Below the pieces are notes generated by a model. That model made no database searches, was not told the DNA's origin, and was given only the letters and a program-made list of their open reading frames with translations. Of a stretch of DNA of 64,000 bases, positions 1 through 9,581 are shown piece by piece; the first letter of the stretch is position 1; each line of letters opens with the position of its first letter. Source of the DNA: Saccharofermentanales bacterium (GTDB lineage: Bacteria; Bacillota; Clostridia; Saccharofermentanales; DTU023); assembly GCA_050945495.1 (NCBI GenBank), contig JBMNTA010000005.1, forward strand, positions 19,290 through 83,289. The letters are read 5' to 3'. The position numbers and the translations under genes were made by a program.

Positions 1-630
1 GGGAGCGCGATCATCACCATCGCACCCATTGCGCTTGCCACGATGATGGAGCACGTCGGCGATATCTCCGCGATCTCCGCCACCGTCGGCAAAAACTTCA
101 TGAGCGATCCGGGCCTCCACCGCACCCTGATGGGCGACGGCCTTGCCACGAGCTTGGCCTCGATCTTCGGTGGTCCCGCGAACACCACGTACGGTGAGAA
201 CACCGGCGTTCTCGCGCTGACGCGCGTCTACGCTCCGGGCGTTATTCGTGTCGCCGCGATCATCGCGGTCATCGCGAGCCTGTTCCCCGCCGTCGGTACC
301 TTCATCCTGACGATCCCCGCGCCCGCCATCGGCGGCGTGTCGTTCGTCCTGTACGGCATGATCTCCGCGATCGGTGTCCGCAACATGGTTGAAAACCACG
401 TTGACCTCACCAAAGCGCGCAACCTGATGATCACGTCGGTCATTCTCGTGTCCGGCCTCGGCATCAGCTTGAGCGGAACGGGCGGCATCCAGATTGGCAG
501 CGTTATGCTTTCCGGTCTCGCCGTTTCGGCGTTGCTCGGCATCATCCTGAATGCGATCCTGCCGGGGAAAGATTACACGTTCAAAGATCACGACGCTGAA
601 CCCGTTGCGGAACTGCCCTTGAAGGACTAA
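1..630 (+). CDS. NCS2 family uracil/xanthine permease (UraA/PyrP-like), 5'-truncated by window edge
   Basis: Frame open from base 1; motifs EHVGD and GGPANTTYGENTGV typical of UraA/PyrP; hydrophobic helices. Confidence 0.9.
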   Translation, partial: GSAIITIAPIALATMMEHVGDISAISATVGKNFMSDPGLHRTLMGDGLATSLASIFGGPANTTYGENTGVLALTRVYAPGVIRVAAIIAVIASLFPAVGTFILTIPAPAIGGVSFVLYGMISAIGVRNMVENHVDLTKARNLMITSVILVSGLGISLSGTGGIQIGSVMLSGLAVSALLGIILNAILPGKDYTFKDHDAEPVAELPLKD

Positions 631-673
631 TCGCACCATGACGTCGGCCTGATCGGCTGACGAACCACAAACA

Positions 674-703
674 AGAGGTGGCCGCTTCGGCGGCCACCTT
701 TTA
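674..703 (+). terminator. Intrinsic terminator after permease
   Basis: AGGTGGCCGC-TTCG-GCGGCCACCT followed by T-run. Confidence 0.85.
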
Positions 704-794
704 TGTTGTCAAAATGTGCCTTGGATTACTGCAGGAACGGAGTTTCGGGCGTATACTGTTAATTGTATTTTGAAATCAAATTTTAAAGGAGCGA

Positions 795-1331
795 ATGTAC
801 ATGAACAAAACGTTAAATGACTTGAAAGAACGCAGAAGCGTCCGCGGTTACCAAGATAAATGCGTGCCCGAGGATAAGCTCGATCAAATTTTGGAAGCCG
901 GCCTTTACGCGGCCTCGCCGCGCCAAGACACCGTGCTCGTGGCCGTTCAAAAGCCCGAGACCGTGAAAGAGCTGAAGGCGCTCAACGCGAAAGTCGTCGA
1001 ACAACAGAGCGGCGAACCCGCCGATGACCCGTACTACGGGGCCCCGACGATCATCGTCGTCCTCGCCAAACAAGGCAGCTCCTGCGCCGTCGAAAACGGC
1101 AGCCTCGTGCTTGGCAACCTCATGAACGCGGCCCACGCGGTCGGCGTGGAATCGTGCTGGATCCACCGCGCAAAAGAAGTCTTTGAATTGCCCGAAGGCA
1201 AAGCTTTGCTGAAACAGTGGGGCTTGAAAGACGACTACGTCGGTATCGGCAACCTCGCCCTGGGCTATCCGTCCGGCGACTACCCCGAAGCGCAACCGCG
1301 CGATCCGAAACGCATCGTGAAGATTCTGTAA
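795..1331 (+). CDS. Nitroreductase family flavoprotein
   Basis: RRSVRGY N-terminal FMN motif, AAHAVGVESCWI, LALGYP; RBS AAGGAG. Confidence 0.9.
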   Translation: MYMNKTLNDLKERRSVRGYQDKCVPEDKLDQILEAGLYAASPRQDTVLVAVQKPETVKELKALNAKVVEQQSGEPADDPYYGAPTIIVVLAKQGSSCAVENGSLVLGNLMNAAHAVGVESCWIHRAKEVFELPEGKALLKQWGLKDDYVGIGNLALGYPSGDYPEAQPRDPKRIVKIL

Positions 1332-1360
1332 AGAACGCGGACGATTTGAACGTCGCATCC

Positions 1361-1400
1361 AAAAGCGGCGGTGGCCCGAGGTCATCGCCGCTTTTGTTTT
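1361..1400. terminator. Bidirectional terminator between convergent genes
   Basis: AAAAGCGGCGGTGGC...GTCATCGCCGCTTTTGTTTT hairpin with A- and T-runs. Confidence 0.75.
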
Positions 1401-1425
1401 ACGGATAAATGGGGTCGATGCGGAC

Positions 1426-2373
1426 TTACGCGTATCCGAGCGTGCGGAGCAGTACCACGAGGATGTGCAACGTGAAGAGCGACAGCACCGTCGAGACGGC
1501 GACGCTCTGCGCGGCCAACTCACCATCCCCGCCCATCTCGTAGGCCATCGCGGGCAAGGTCGAGGCGATCGGACCGCCGAAGGCCACCATGAGGGCCAGG
1601 AGCGTGACGTCGCGGAAGCCGAAGATCACGGCCAGGGGGATCATGATCGCGGGCACGAGCACCAGGCGCGCCCCCACGGAGATCGCAATGAGCTTCTTGT
1701 TTTTGGCCATGCCCTTCAAAGTGATGGCCGCCCCCACGAGGATCATCGCCAACGTCGGCGCCGCATCCCCGATGGATCGGAACGGCACCAGAATCAATTC
1801 CGGAATTTTCCATCCCGTGAGATGGAAAAACAGGGCGAAGAGCACCGCGAGATTCAAGGGGTTCGTGATGACGCCTTTCAGGATTTTCGAGATTTTCGGG
1901 CGCTCTCCCGCTCCCCCGCGCATCAACTCCAGATTGATCACGCCCAAAATATTGAACACCGGCACGATGACGGCGATGAGCATGCTCGCGGGACCGATCC
2001 GATCGGCGCCGTAGAGCAACGTCGGATAGACGATGCCCAAAACGCCGAAGTTCGTCCGGTAAACGCTTTGGGAGACAACGGACGCGACGGCCTTGGATTC
2101 GCATTTTTTCGCCGTCACGATCATCGCGATGACGGCGATCACAATGACCCCCACCACGCCGAACACGAGCGACATCCATTGGATGTCTTCGGCAAGATCG
2201 ATGTTGTAAACGCTCAAAAACAGCATCGCCGGCAAAAAGACCGTGAAGACGATGCGATTCAACGGCTTCTCAATCGACCCCGGAATGATGCCGGTCTTGC
2301 GCAGCACCGCGCCGAGGATGAGATAAAAGTACAACGGGAAGAGCGATCGAAAGGTTTCAAGAAAAATATTCAT
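1426..2373 (-). CDS. AEC (auxin efflux carrier/MdcF-like) family transporter
   Basis: 315 aa, about 10 TM segments, VFLPAMLF, RTNFGVLG, ITNP and MGGDGELAA motifs. Confidence 0.85.
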   Translation of the reverse strand: MNIFLETFRSLFPLYFYLILGAVLRKTGIIPGSIEKPLNRIVFTVFLPAMLFLSVYNIDLAEDIQWMSLVFGVVGVIVIAVIAMIVTAKKCESKAVASVVSQSVYRTNFGVLGIVYPTLLYGADRIGPASMLIAVIVPVFNILGVINLELMRGGAGERPKISKILKGVITNPLNLAVLFALFFHLTGWKIPELILVPFRSIGDAAPTLAMILVGAAITLKGMAKNKKLIAISVGARLVLVPAIMIPLAVIFGFRDVTLLALMVAFGGPIASTLPAMAYEMGGDGELAAQSVAVSTVLSLFTLHILVVLLRTLGYA

Positions 2374-2410
2374 TGTGATCGTCCGTCAATATCCTTCATA
2401 AATATATCAA

Positions 2411-2446
2411 AGCCCGCCCGGCCAGTGTGGACCGACCGAGCGGGCC
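2411..2446 (-). terminator. Hairpin downstream of cyclase gene (possible terminator)
   Basis: GCCCGCCCGGCC...GACCGAGCGGGC imperfect inverted repeat followed by TTTGATAT on the minus strand. Confidence 0.45.
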
Positions 2447-2483
2447 GATGAAGCCTATTCAATTAAGAATGGCCGTGTTTCAA

Positions 2484-3281
2484 TTAGTCTTCGACGTCAA
2501 AGGCGACGCAGCGGCAGAACGCGGATTCACCGTATTGGAACTTCCAGGGGAACGTTCCGAGGATGAGGCGCTTGTTCAAGACCTTGTCGATCTCACCGCC
2601 GATGCACTCGGCGTGGATGCACTCCCAAGGTTTCGGGAACAGCCAGATATGCATGCACTGATAGGTGTCGGGCCATTTGTAAATTTCGTTCAGGCCTTTG
2701 CCGTATTTTTCACGCATGTAGGCGTCGCATTTTTCCGCTTCTTTCGGCTCCCAGTCACGAATCTTCGTGTTCATGGGGTGGTCCGCCGAACCGCAGTCAA
2801 CGGCGAGGTACTTGATTTCCATCTCTTTGCACCAGTCGGGGAAGTCCGTCGACGGGCCGGGGTGACGCAGCATGTAGCGGCGCTCGTCCGGTTCGGATCC
2901 TTCGGCCGAGTACTTATGGTAGCCGGTGTTGATGAAGAGGATATCGCCCTTCTTCACTTCGACGCGGTCCATGATGTCCTGCGGCGTGTAGATCGACCAG
3001 TCTTCCGCGATGTCGGAAAGGTCAACGACGACACCGGGGCCGACGAGTTTTTCGAGTTCGAGGGACGCGATGTCGCGGCCGCCCGTATCAAAGTGCATCG
3101 GGCCGTCCAAGTGCGTACCGACGTGGTTCGAGGTTTTGATGATCATGCCGTTCGCGCCGTTCGGGGCGAGACGTTTGAAGTATTGGACACCGAGGGGCTC
3201 GTAGGTCGGCCACGGGGGCGTCATGTGGTTGAGGTTCATCGTCAAGTCATACATCTTGACTTTGCTCCAGTCTTTGAACAT
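2484..3281 (-). CDS. Cyclase family metal-dependent amidohydrolase (kynurenine formamidase/isatin hydrolase fold)
   Basis: HVGTHLDGPMHF matches the HxGTHxDxPxH signature; start moved to ATG at 3281 behind GGAGG. Confidence 0.85.
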   Translation of the reverse strand: MFKDWSKVKMYDLTMNLNHMTPPWPTYEPLGVQYFKRLAPNGANGMIIKTSNHVGTHLDGPMHFDTGGRDIASLELEKLVGPGVVVDLSDIAEDWSIYTPQDIMDRVEVKKGDILFINTGYHKYSAEGSEPDERRYMLRHPGPSTDFPDWCKEMEIKYLAVDCGSADHPMNTKIRDWEPKEAEKCDAYMREKYGKGLNEIYKWPDTYQCMHIWLFPKPWECIHAECIGGEIDKVLNKRLILGTFPWKFQYGESAFCRCVAFDVED

Positions 3282-3372
3282 AAAATTGTTCCTCCCTTTC
3301 TGTGTGAGCATTAGTGTATCTATTGTACCCGCGTTGCCGCGGTGACATCCCTTTACGTATATTCTACACGAT

Positions 3373-4635
3373 TCATCCAAGCATGCCGTCCGCTTGCAAT
3401 TGCGCCGCGAACGCTTCCAACGCGTCCTCGAAGCACTTCATCGGCGGATGGACCACGCCCGCGCCGACTTGGCCGACGCCCGCGTGTTTGCTGGCAATAC
3501 CGGTGTTGATGACGGGCAGGATCTGCGTCTCGATGACGAGGCGAATATCGATGCCGGTCGGCGTGCCGCGGAAGTTCATGGGCGGCATCTTGTAGGCACC
3601 GCTCTCTTCCGTCGTGATTTCGTACATGGACGTCGTGTAGTTCACCGCGTCTTGCGGGGTACCGCCGACGAACTGAACGATGGCCGGAGCCGTCGCCATG
3701 GCGAAACCGCCGAGGCCGTAGGTCTCCGTGATGCACGAGTCGCCGATGTCCGGGTTGGCGTCGTCCATCGAGTAGCCCGGGAAATACAGGCCGTCGATGA
3801 TCTCGGCCGGCGCCGTGAACCATTTGTCTCCGCAGCCGGCGACGCGAATGCCGAACTCGGTGCCGTTGCGGCACATCGTGTAAACGATCGTCGAGTGCTT
3901 GATCTTGCCGACGGGATCCATCGAGGATTTGGCGGCCGGCATGGACATGTTCAAGAAGAAGTGGTCGTTCGAGTTCAAGAAGTCGAACACCTTGACTTTT
4001 TCTTCTTGCGGCGCATCGACCTTCAACAGACTCGACGCGATCTCACGGATGAACAGCGAGGTCGCCGCCTTGTTGCGGTTATGGACTTCGTCGCCCATCT
4101 GAACGGCTTGCGCGATCATGTTTTTCAGATCGATCGGGCCGTGAATTTCAATCGCTTCCTTCAGGATCGGATAGAGTTTTTCTTCCATCCATTTCAGGTG
4201 CTTCAGGACGTTCTCGTTGAACGCGCCGAAACGGAGCACTTCACCGAGGCCTTCGTTCATCGTGCAGAACGCGCGGTTGCCCTGCGACTTGTTCTCGACG
4301 ATGAAGACGGGCATCGACGCCGTGACGACACCGGCCATCGGCCCGACGGCCGCGTGGTGGTGGCACGGATCAAATTCGATCTCACCGGACTTGGCGAGTT
4401 CTTCCGCTTCTTCGAGGTCTTTGGCGAGGCCTTCATAGACCAAACCGCCGGTGACGGCGCCGCGCAGCGGTCCCGACATCTTGTCCCACGTAATCGGGGG
4501 ACCGGCGTGCAGGACGAGCTTTTTCTTCATGCCCGGGATCACGTCCCCGGCAATGCCCATGCCGACGAGCGTCGGCTGGGCGCTCTGCATGATTTCCAGT
4601 GCTTTTTTGTTGGCTTCATCAATAAAATTTGCCAT
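3373..4635 (-). CDS. YlbE/YahG (DUF1116; AllG-like) protein
   Basis: LHAGPP, PCHHHAAVGPMAG, MGDEVHNRN, RNGTEFGI, DIGDS, INTGI motifs; fdrA context. Confidence 0.88.
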   Translation of the reverse strand: MANFIDEANKKALEIMQSAQPTLVGMGIAGDVIPGMKKKLVLHAGPPITWDKMSGPLRGAVTGGLVYEGLAKDLEEAEELAKSGEIEFDPCHHHAAVGPMAGVVTASMPVFIVENKSQGNRAFCTMNEGLGEVLRFGAFNENVLKHLKWMEEKLYPILKEAIEIHGPIDLKNMIAQAVQMGDEVHNRNKAATSLFIREIASSLLKVDAPQEEKVKVFDFLNSNDHFFLNMSMPAAKSSMDPVGKIKHSTIVYTMCRNGTEFGIRVAGCGDKWFTAPAEIIDGLYFPGYSMDDANPDIGDSCITETYGLGGFAMATAPAIVQFVGGTPQDAVNYTTSMYEITTEESGAYKMPPMNFRGTPTGIDIRLVIETQILPVINTGIASKHAGVGQVGAGVVHPPMKCFEDALEAFAAQLQADGMLG

Positions 4636-4657
4636 GGTTGTTCTCTCTTTCTTTCAA

Positions 4658-4834
4658 TTATTTGGTGCCTCTGAGCATCCCAAGGAGCGAGGCCATCTTC
4701 TTGTTGCCGCCGGCCGCAGGTTTCCAATCCACATGGATGGCCGGAACGTCTTGGCTTTTGAGATCGTCATAAAACGACTCGAGGCCCATATTGACGATTT
4801 TCAGGTCTTGTTTAAATAAATCTTTGACTGCCAT
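4658..4834 (-). CDS. 58-aa protein matching the C-terminal segment of FdrA/YahF (absent from ORF track)
   Basis: MAVKDLFKQDLKIVNMGLESFYDDLKSQDVPAIHVDWKPAAGGNKKMASLLGMLRGTK; RBS AAGGAGG; fills the gap between fdrA and ylbE. Confidence 0.8.
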   Translation of the reverse strand: MAVKDLFKQDLKIVNMGLESFYDDLKSQDVPAIHVDWKPAAGGNKKMASLLGMLRGTK

Positions 4835-4849
4835 GGTGTTCCTCCTTCC

Positions 4850-6403
4850 CTACGCTTCCAGGCGTTGCATCATCAGGTCGACGAGACGAACGGCTTGCGC
4901 GTTCGAGGGCATCACGATGATGCCGACCGCTTCAAGCGATTCGACCGATTTGTCGAGGTCTTGCGGGTCTTTGTCCGTGCCCGTGATCGAGGCGACGGCG
5001 ATGATGTCTTTGCCCTCTTTCGCCAGGCGTTCGCGAATCTCGGTCACCGATTCGGCGACGGCGCCGGCGGGATCCACATAGGAGCCGTAGCCGAGCACGA
5101 CGTCCACCAAGATGATGGCCGATTGATCGTCGACGTGCGATTTGAAGAATTCGGTCCGCGTCATGGGATCAATCATCGGGTGCGGGCGACCCTGCGTGAA
5201 CTCGTCTTCGCCGAGGTCGTAGCAGATGTGGCCGTTGAGACCGTCGAGGTGTTCAAAGCCGCGATCGGGCGTCAAGGGAATGTTCGAATAAACGGGGCGT
5301 GCTTCGCCCAAATATTTGATCGCTTCGTCGGCCAGCGTGCCGCCGGTAAACAGCGCTCTCAAATATTTTTGATCCGGTTTCAATTTGGCGAGCGCTTCAT
5401 CAATGATGGCGTTGATCTCGTCGTCGGATTGGTCAAATCCGTCAAAGTCGACGGGTTTTTCGCCGCGCAACAACGCGACGGCTTTCCGCGCCGCGTCTTC
5501 GAGGCTCACGCACGCCGTGGCGCCCGCGTCTTCGATCGCCTTCGCGTCACCGCCGATAAAGTCGATGACCACGGGCTTGTCGCAACGGGCGACGATGTCG
5601 TAGATCTTCTTTTCAACCGAGGGGGCCGGCGGTTTCGAAATCAACACGATGACTTCGGTTTCGGGGTCTTCGATCAATGCCTCGAACCCGGTGATCATCA
5701 TCAGGCCGCCGATGTCGTCCTTGAGGTCGCGGCCGCCGGTGCCGATGACTTGCGAGAGGCCTTCGCCGAGCTGATCGACGCGAACGGTCACTTCCTGCGT
5801 GCCCGTTCCCGACGCGCCGACGACGCCGATCTTGCCGCGTTTCACCACGTTGGCGAAACAGAGCGGAACGCCGTTGATGATCGCGGTACCGCAGTCGGGA
5901 CCCATCATCAAGAGGCCTTTTTCCACGGCCATCTTCTTGAGCCGAAGCTCATCTTCCACCGTCACGTTGTCCGAGAACAGCATCACGTTCAGGCCTTGTT
6001 GCAAGGCGCCTTCCGCTTCTTCCGCGGCATAGCGGCCGGGCACCGAAATGGTCACCAGATTGGCACCTTCCAGGTGTTCGAGCGCGGAGTGCAATGTCGG
6101 CGGGCGGTAGTCTCCCGACGACGCTTCTTTTTTGCTGTTAATCTGTTCGTCAAACGATTGGATGAGTTCGTCCATCGTGACTTTCGATTCGTCGAACTTG
6201 GCGGCGATGAACAAATCGTTCGGCGTCACGCCTTCCAGTTCCGGCGGGAACATATCGAGTTTTTTCACCAAATCGATGTTAAGCTCTGTCCCCATGCCGA
6301 CGAGTACTTCCTCGACGCCATCCATGGATTTCATTTCGCGTGAAATGAGCATCAGGGTAACGGAGTCGTAGTACGCGTTTTCTCTTACCAGTGTTTGAAT
6401 CAT
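4850..6403 (-). CDS. fdrA: FdrA/YahF (AllF-like) acyl-CoA synthetase-fold protein
   Basis: YYDSVTLM, FSDNV, MMGPDCGTA, GASGTG, GTGGRDL, GRPHPMIDP motifs. Confidence 0.9.
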   Translation of the reverse strand: MIQTLVRENAYYDSVTLMLISREMKSMDGVEEVLVGMGTELNIDLVKKLDMFPPELEGVTPNDLFIAAKFDESKVTMDELIQSFDEQINSKKEASSGDYRPPTLHSALEHLEGANLVTISVPGRYAAEEAEGALQQGLNVMLFSDNVTVEDELRLKKMAVEKGLLMMGPDCGTAIINGVPLCFANVVKRGKIGVVGASGTGTQEVTVRVDQLGEGLSQVIGTGGRDLKDDIGGLMMITGFEALIEDPETEVIVLISKPPAPSVEKKIYDIVARCDKPVVIDFIGGDAKAIEDAGATACVSLEDAARKAVALLRGEKPVDFDGFDQSDDEINAIIDEALAKLKPDQKYLRALFTGGTLADEAIKYLGEARPVYSNIPLTPDRGFEHLDGLNGHICYDLGEDEFTQGRPHPMIDPMTRTEFFKSHVDDQSAIILVDVVLGYGSYVDPAGAVAESVTEIRERLAKEGKDIIAVASITGTDKDPQDLDKSVESLEAVGIIVMPSNAQAVRLVDLMMQRLEA

Positions 6404-6478
6404 GTCCGTATCACTCCTTACTTTAAGTTACTTGTTTATCACAATGGACGCGGTTGCTACCTCATCGCGTCCAAATGG

Positions 6479-7441
6479 TCACTTCGAAGACGCCATGTCT
6501 TGGGGCACGGCGTTGTCCAACAGCATGGTCTGTGCGCGGTAGAGACCATACATAAAGTCGCCGCCGGACGTCGCACCGATGGCGAGGGCACGTTCGCCGA
6601 CACGCGCCAATTTCTTGACGTCGCCCGTGGCGACGGCGTGCACAAGTTGAATGTACGCATCGCTCGCCTTGCCTTCCGCCGCATGCCTGAGCATGTGGTA
6701 ACTGACGAGCGTCGTCGCGCCCTTGGCGTAGGCCGCGATGGAACGCAGGAAGCGATCGATCGTATCGTGGCGGGTGCCCGTGCGCACGTACATGTCGTAC
6801 AAGCTGAGCATCACGCCCGCCAAAAAATCATCGCAAGACGGCGTGAGCCCCGGGCCGAACCCGATGAGGCGACGTGAGCACTCCAAGGCCTTCACGTAGT
6901 CGTCTTCGCCCAGCGCGGTCATGAACGCTTCCAGATCGCCGCCGATGAAAGAACAATACATGTTCGGCGCGCGTCCCGAGGACGTCGCCGAATCGTCGGA
7001 ACACGCAATCAACGGGGCGACCCCGCCGTTTTCCGGCTTGATCGCGCGGAGACGTTCACGGATCCATGCGAGCGACGCCCGACGCTGTGCGGCGGTCGTC
7101 GGCGGATGATCGCGCAGCGCGGGATCCCAGACGCGCGCATTGAACAAATCAATGGTCACACCGGTTCGGCGAATGGTCAGCGCCATGTCGCCGCCGTAAT
7201 CGACGACATCGTCCACATGAATGTAGGACGCCGGTTTCGGCTTTTCCTCGATCACGAGCCCCATGGGCATGATGTCGCGATCCGACGAGGCGATCGTGAT
7301 GAACGTCTCGTCTTCGGCGATCAAATTGACCGATGTGCGAAACACGGAGTGCACGTCAAAGCTCATCGCGCCGCGCGTCAAAAGCGTCCGACGCAAATCG
7401 GAGGCAATGATGCACGCATGTCCCCGAGGATCCGCGTTCAT
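6479..7441 (-). CDS. DUF2877 protein (YlbF/AllH-like)
   Basis: HSVF, LIGFGPGLTPSCDDFLAG, TTLVS, IGATSGGD motifs. Confidence 0.85.
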   Translation of the reverse strand: MNADPRGHACIIASDLRRTLLTRGAMSFDVHSVFRTSVNLIAEDETFITIASSDRDIMPMGLVIEEKPKPASYIHVDDVVDYGGDMALTIRRTGVTIDLFNARVWDPALRDHPPTTAAQRRASLAWIRERLRAIKPENGGVAPLIACSDDSATSSGRAPNMYCSFIGGDLEAFMTALGEDDYVKALECSRRLIGFGPGLTPSCDDFLAGVMLSLYDMYVRTGTRHDTIDRFLRSIAAYAKGATTLVSYHMLRHAAEGKASDAYIQLVHAVATGDVKKLARVGERALAIGATSGGDFMYGLYRAQTMLLDNAVPQDMASSK

Positions 7442-9123
7442 TGGATCAGTTCCTTAATCTTCAAGGCGAGTTGCAAATTAAACGCCGTTTCGGGATCGCG
7501 CAGATCGATGCCGTACATGTCGCGGATGCGATTGATCCGATAGATGACGGTATTGTAGTGCGTAAACATGATCTCCGAAACGCGCTTTAAGTTGCCGCCG
7601 GCTTCAAAATAGACGCGCACGGTATCGAGCAAGTCGCCGCGCTGCGTACTGTCGTGGGCTTCCAAATCGGCGAGCACTTCGTTCGCGTAGGCCAAGGCGT
7701 CGTCACGCAACAGCGGGTGTCCGAGCACGCGCAAAAGGCCGAGATCGTCGTAATGCAAGACCGATTGTTCGGTGTCGCCGCGACTCTGCAGAATGCGCAC
7801 GGCCTGCTCCGCCTGCTGCAAACTCGCCTGCAGTTGGCGATGCGACTCGACGCACGATCCGACGCCGATGTGCGGCACCGGCAGCGTCTCCGCCTGCTGC
7901 GTGTTGCGCAACAAAATGTTGATGAATCGCTGGCACATGGCACCGCGCTCTTCCGCCGTGGAATTTTTCTCATATTGCAAGAGGAAGATCGCGCGATCGC
8001 TCTTGCGCGTCGACAAGAAATAACCTCCGTATTCCTGGCGGAGGCGATTGGTCAAATTCAACAACCCGGTATTGAGGTTCTTGATCATGCGCGCGTTGTT
8101 CGGCGTCATCTGCAGGCGGCTGCCCTTGTCTTCCACGTCGAGCACCACGATCTGACTCGGTTTTTCCGGATGGTAGAGGTAATAATCGGCATTCTCGATG
8201 GCGCGGTCTTGCTCCGCGGCATCGTCGCTCAGCAATTGCTCCAAAAACGTCGTCTGATGGACGTTTTCGCGTTCGACGAGCGTGATGCGATTTAAAATGT
8301 CGAGGGCGATCAGGGACGAGGCCGATTCGATCACAAACAAATCCTGCGAACGGATCGATTCCTTGGTATCCCATATATAGATGCTGCCGTAGTGCGTGTT
8401 GTCAAAGAAAATCGGAATCGTGAAGCGGTGAATGCCGTGTTCGCCGACGCGCGCTTCGCGACGACGATCGCCCAGAAACATGTGGGTGGTCTGCGGCTCC
8501 ATCTTCGCGATCTCGCGATAGTCGTCGGCAATCAACGCCTCCGCGTCGGGGTCGGGACAATAGAGGTACACGTCACGGAAAATATCGTCGCGGATCACCA
8601 CGGGCGCGTCGAGCGCCAGGTAGATCTGCTCGGCGACGGCCTGCATGCCGCCGTGACGCAACATGATGTCGCGGACCGTGCTGTTGAAGTCGTTGATGCG
8701 GCTCAACAAGCGTGTTTGTTCGCCGATGATGTGGTTGAATATTTCCTTGATGAGGTCGCCGTACTGCACGCTCTGCGGAATGCGAATGATCGGGAAATCA
8801 ATTTCGTCGGCCACGCGCAGCACCCGTTCGGGCACTTCGCTGATGTACCGCTGCGTCTTGATGCCCATGCCGCACACGCGCTTCGCTTTCAGCTTGGGAA
8901 TGAGCGCTTCAAACATCTCAATATCGTCGCTGAACGTGTAGGCGGTGGTCAAAAGAAATTCGCCGGGACGCACCCAGTCGATGATGTCGGGCACTTCCAT
9001 GACGTTGACGGACACGATGCTGTTCGACAGCCCGCGTTCCCCCGCCAGCACCTCGGCATCTTGGAGCAAATCGACATTGAGGATGTCGCGTAGTTGAATT
9101 TTTAACTGATTGCGATCGGTCAC
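7438..9123 (-). CDS. PucR/CdaR family transcriptional regulator
   Basis: N-terminal VLAGERGL..VNVMEVPD..GEFLLTT PucR domain; C-terminal HTH HYNTVIYRINRI. Confidence 0.92.
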   Translation of the reverse strand: MTDRNQLKIQLRDILNVDLLQDAEVLAGERGLSNSIVSVNVMEVPDIIDWVRPGEFLLTTAYTFSDDIEMFEALIPKLKAKRVCGMGIKTQRYISEVPERVLRVADEIDFPIIRIPQSVQYGDLIKEIFNHIIGEQTRLLSRINDFNSTVRDIMLRHGGMQAVAEQIYLALDAPVVIRDDIFRDVYLYCPDPDAEALIADDYREIAKMEPQTTHMFLGDRRREARVGEHGIHRFTIPIFFDNTHYGSIYIWDTKESIRSQDLFVIESASSLIALDILNRITLVERENVHQTTFLEQLLSDDAAEQDRAIENADYYLYHPEKPSQIVVLDVEDKGSRLQMTPNNARMIKNLNTGLLNLTNRLRQEYGGYFLSTRKSDRAIFLLQYEKNSTAEERGAMCQRFINILLRNTQQAETLPVPHIGVGSCVESHRQLQASLQQAEQAVRILQSRGDTEQSVLHYDDLGLLRVLGHPLLRDDALAYANEVLADLEAHDSTQRGDLLDTVRVYFEAGGNLKRVSEIMFTHYNTVIYRINRIRDMYGIDLRDPETAFNLQLALKIKELIQ

Positions 9124-9581
9124 GGCAAAAAGCTCCTTTAATTTATTTTACACAAAATGAGGCGGCAATGTGTTGGCATTTAACTACAGGATTTATCTTG
9201 TATCATCCATGTATCATGTTAGCACACAACATTTCAAATATCAGGAAAAATTTTATAACTGTCAATATGTACAAATGATGAACGTACGAACGCGCCGCCT
9301 CTGTCATTTTAACCGTTTGTTGTTTAAATGTAAAACGTAATGTGGGCGATCTGCCATACAATCGGACCGATATGCACTGTAAATCCCGACAAAATGCGGG
9401 AACTTGTCCTTTTCTTTTGTGGCTTCCCTTCAATTTGGAGCCGTTTATTCGCCTTTTTTTATGACAACCTACAAAACGCCCCGCGGGGTTTCGTGTTAAA
9501 CTTGTATTGTATTTGTATTAAGCAAACATGACGGTTTAACCGTCAGAATACAGTGTTTCGCTGTGCAGAAGGAGGTTATTC
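9124..9581. promoter_or_regulatory. AT-rich divergent control region between pucR operon and xdh-type operon
   Basis: 458-bp AT-rich intergenic; TTTGT-N8-A(C/T)A-like motifs on the minus strand at about 9260-9275 and 9458-9476. Confidence 0.55.

Noticed and set aside
795-1331. Nitroreductase as part of the proposed pyrimidine pathway
   Set aside because: It has its own upstream region and flanking terminators and belongs to a generic family; only proximity links it
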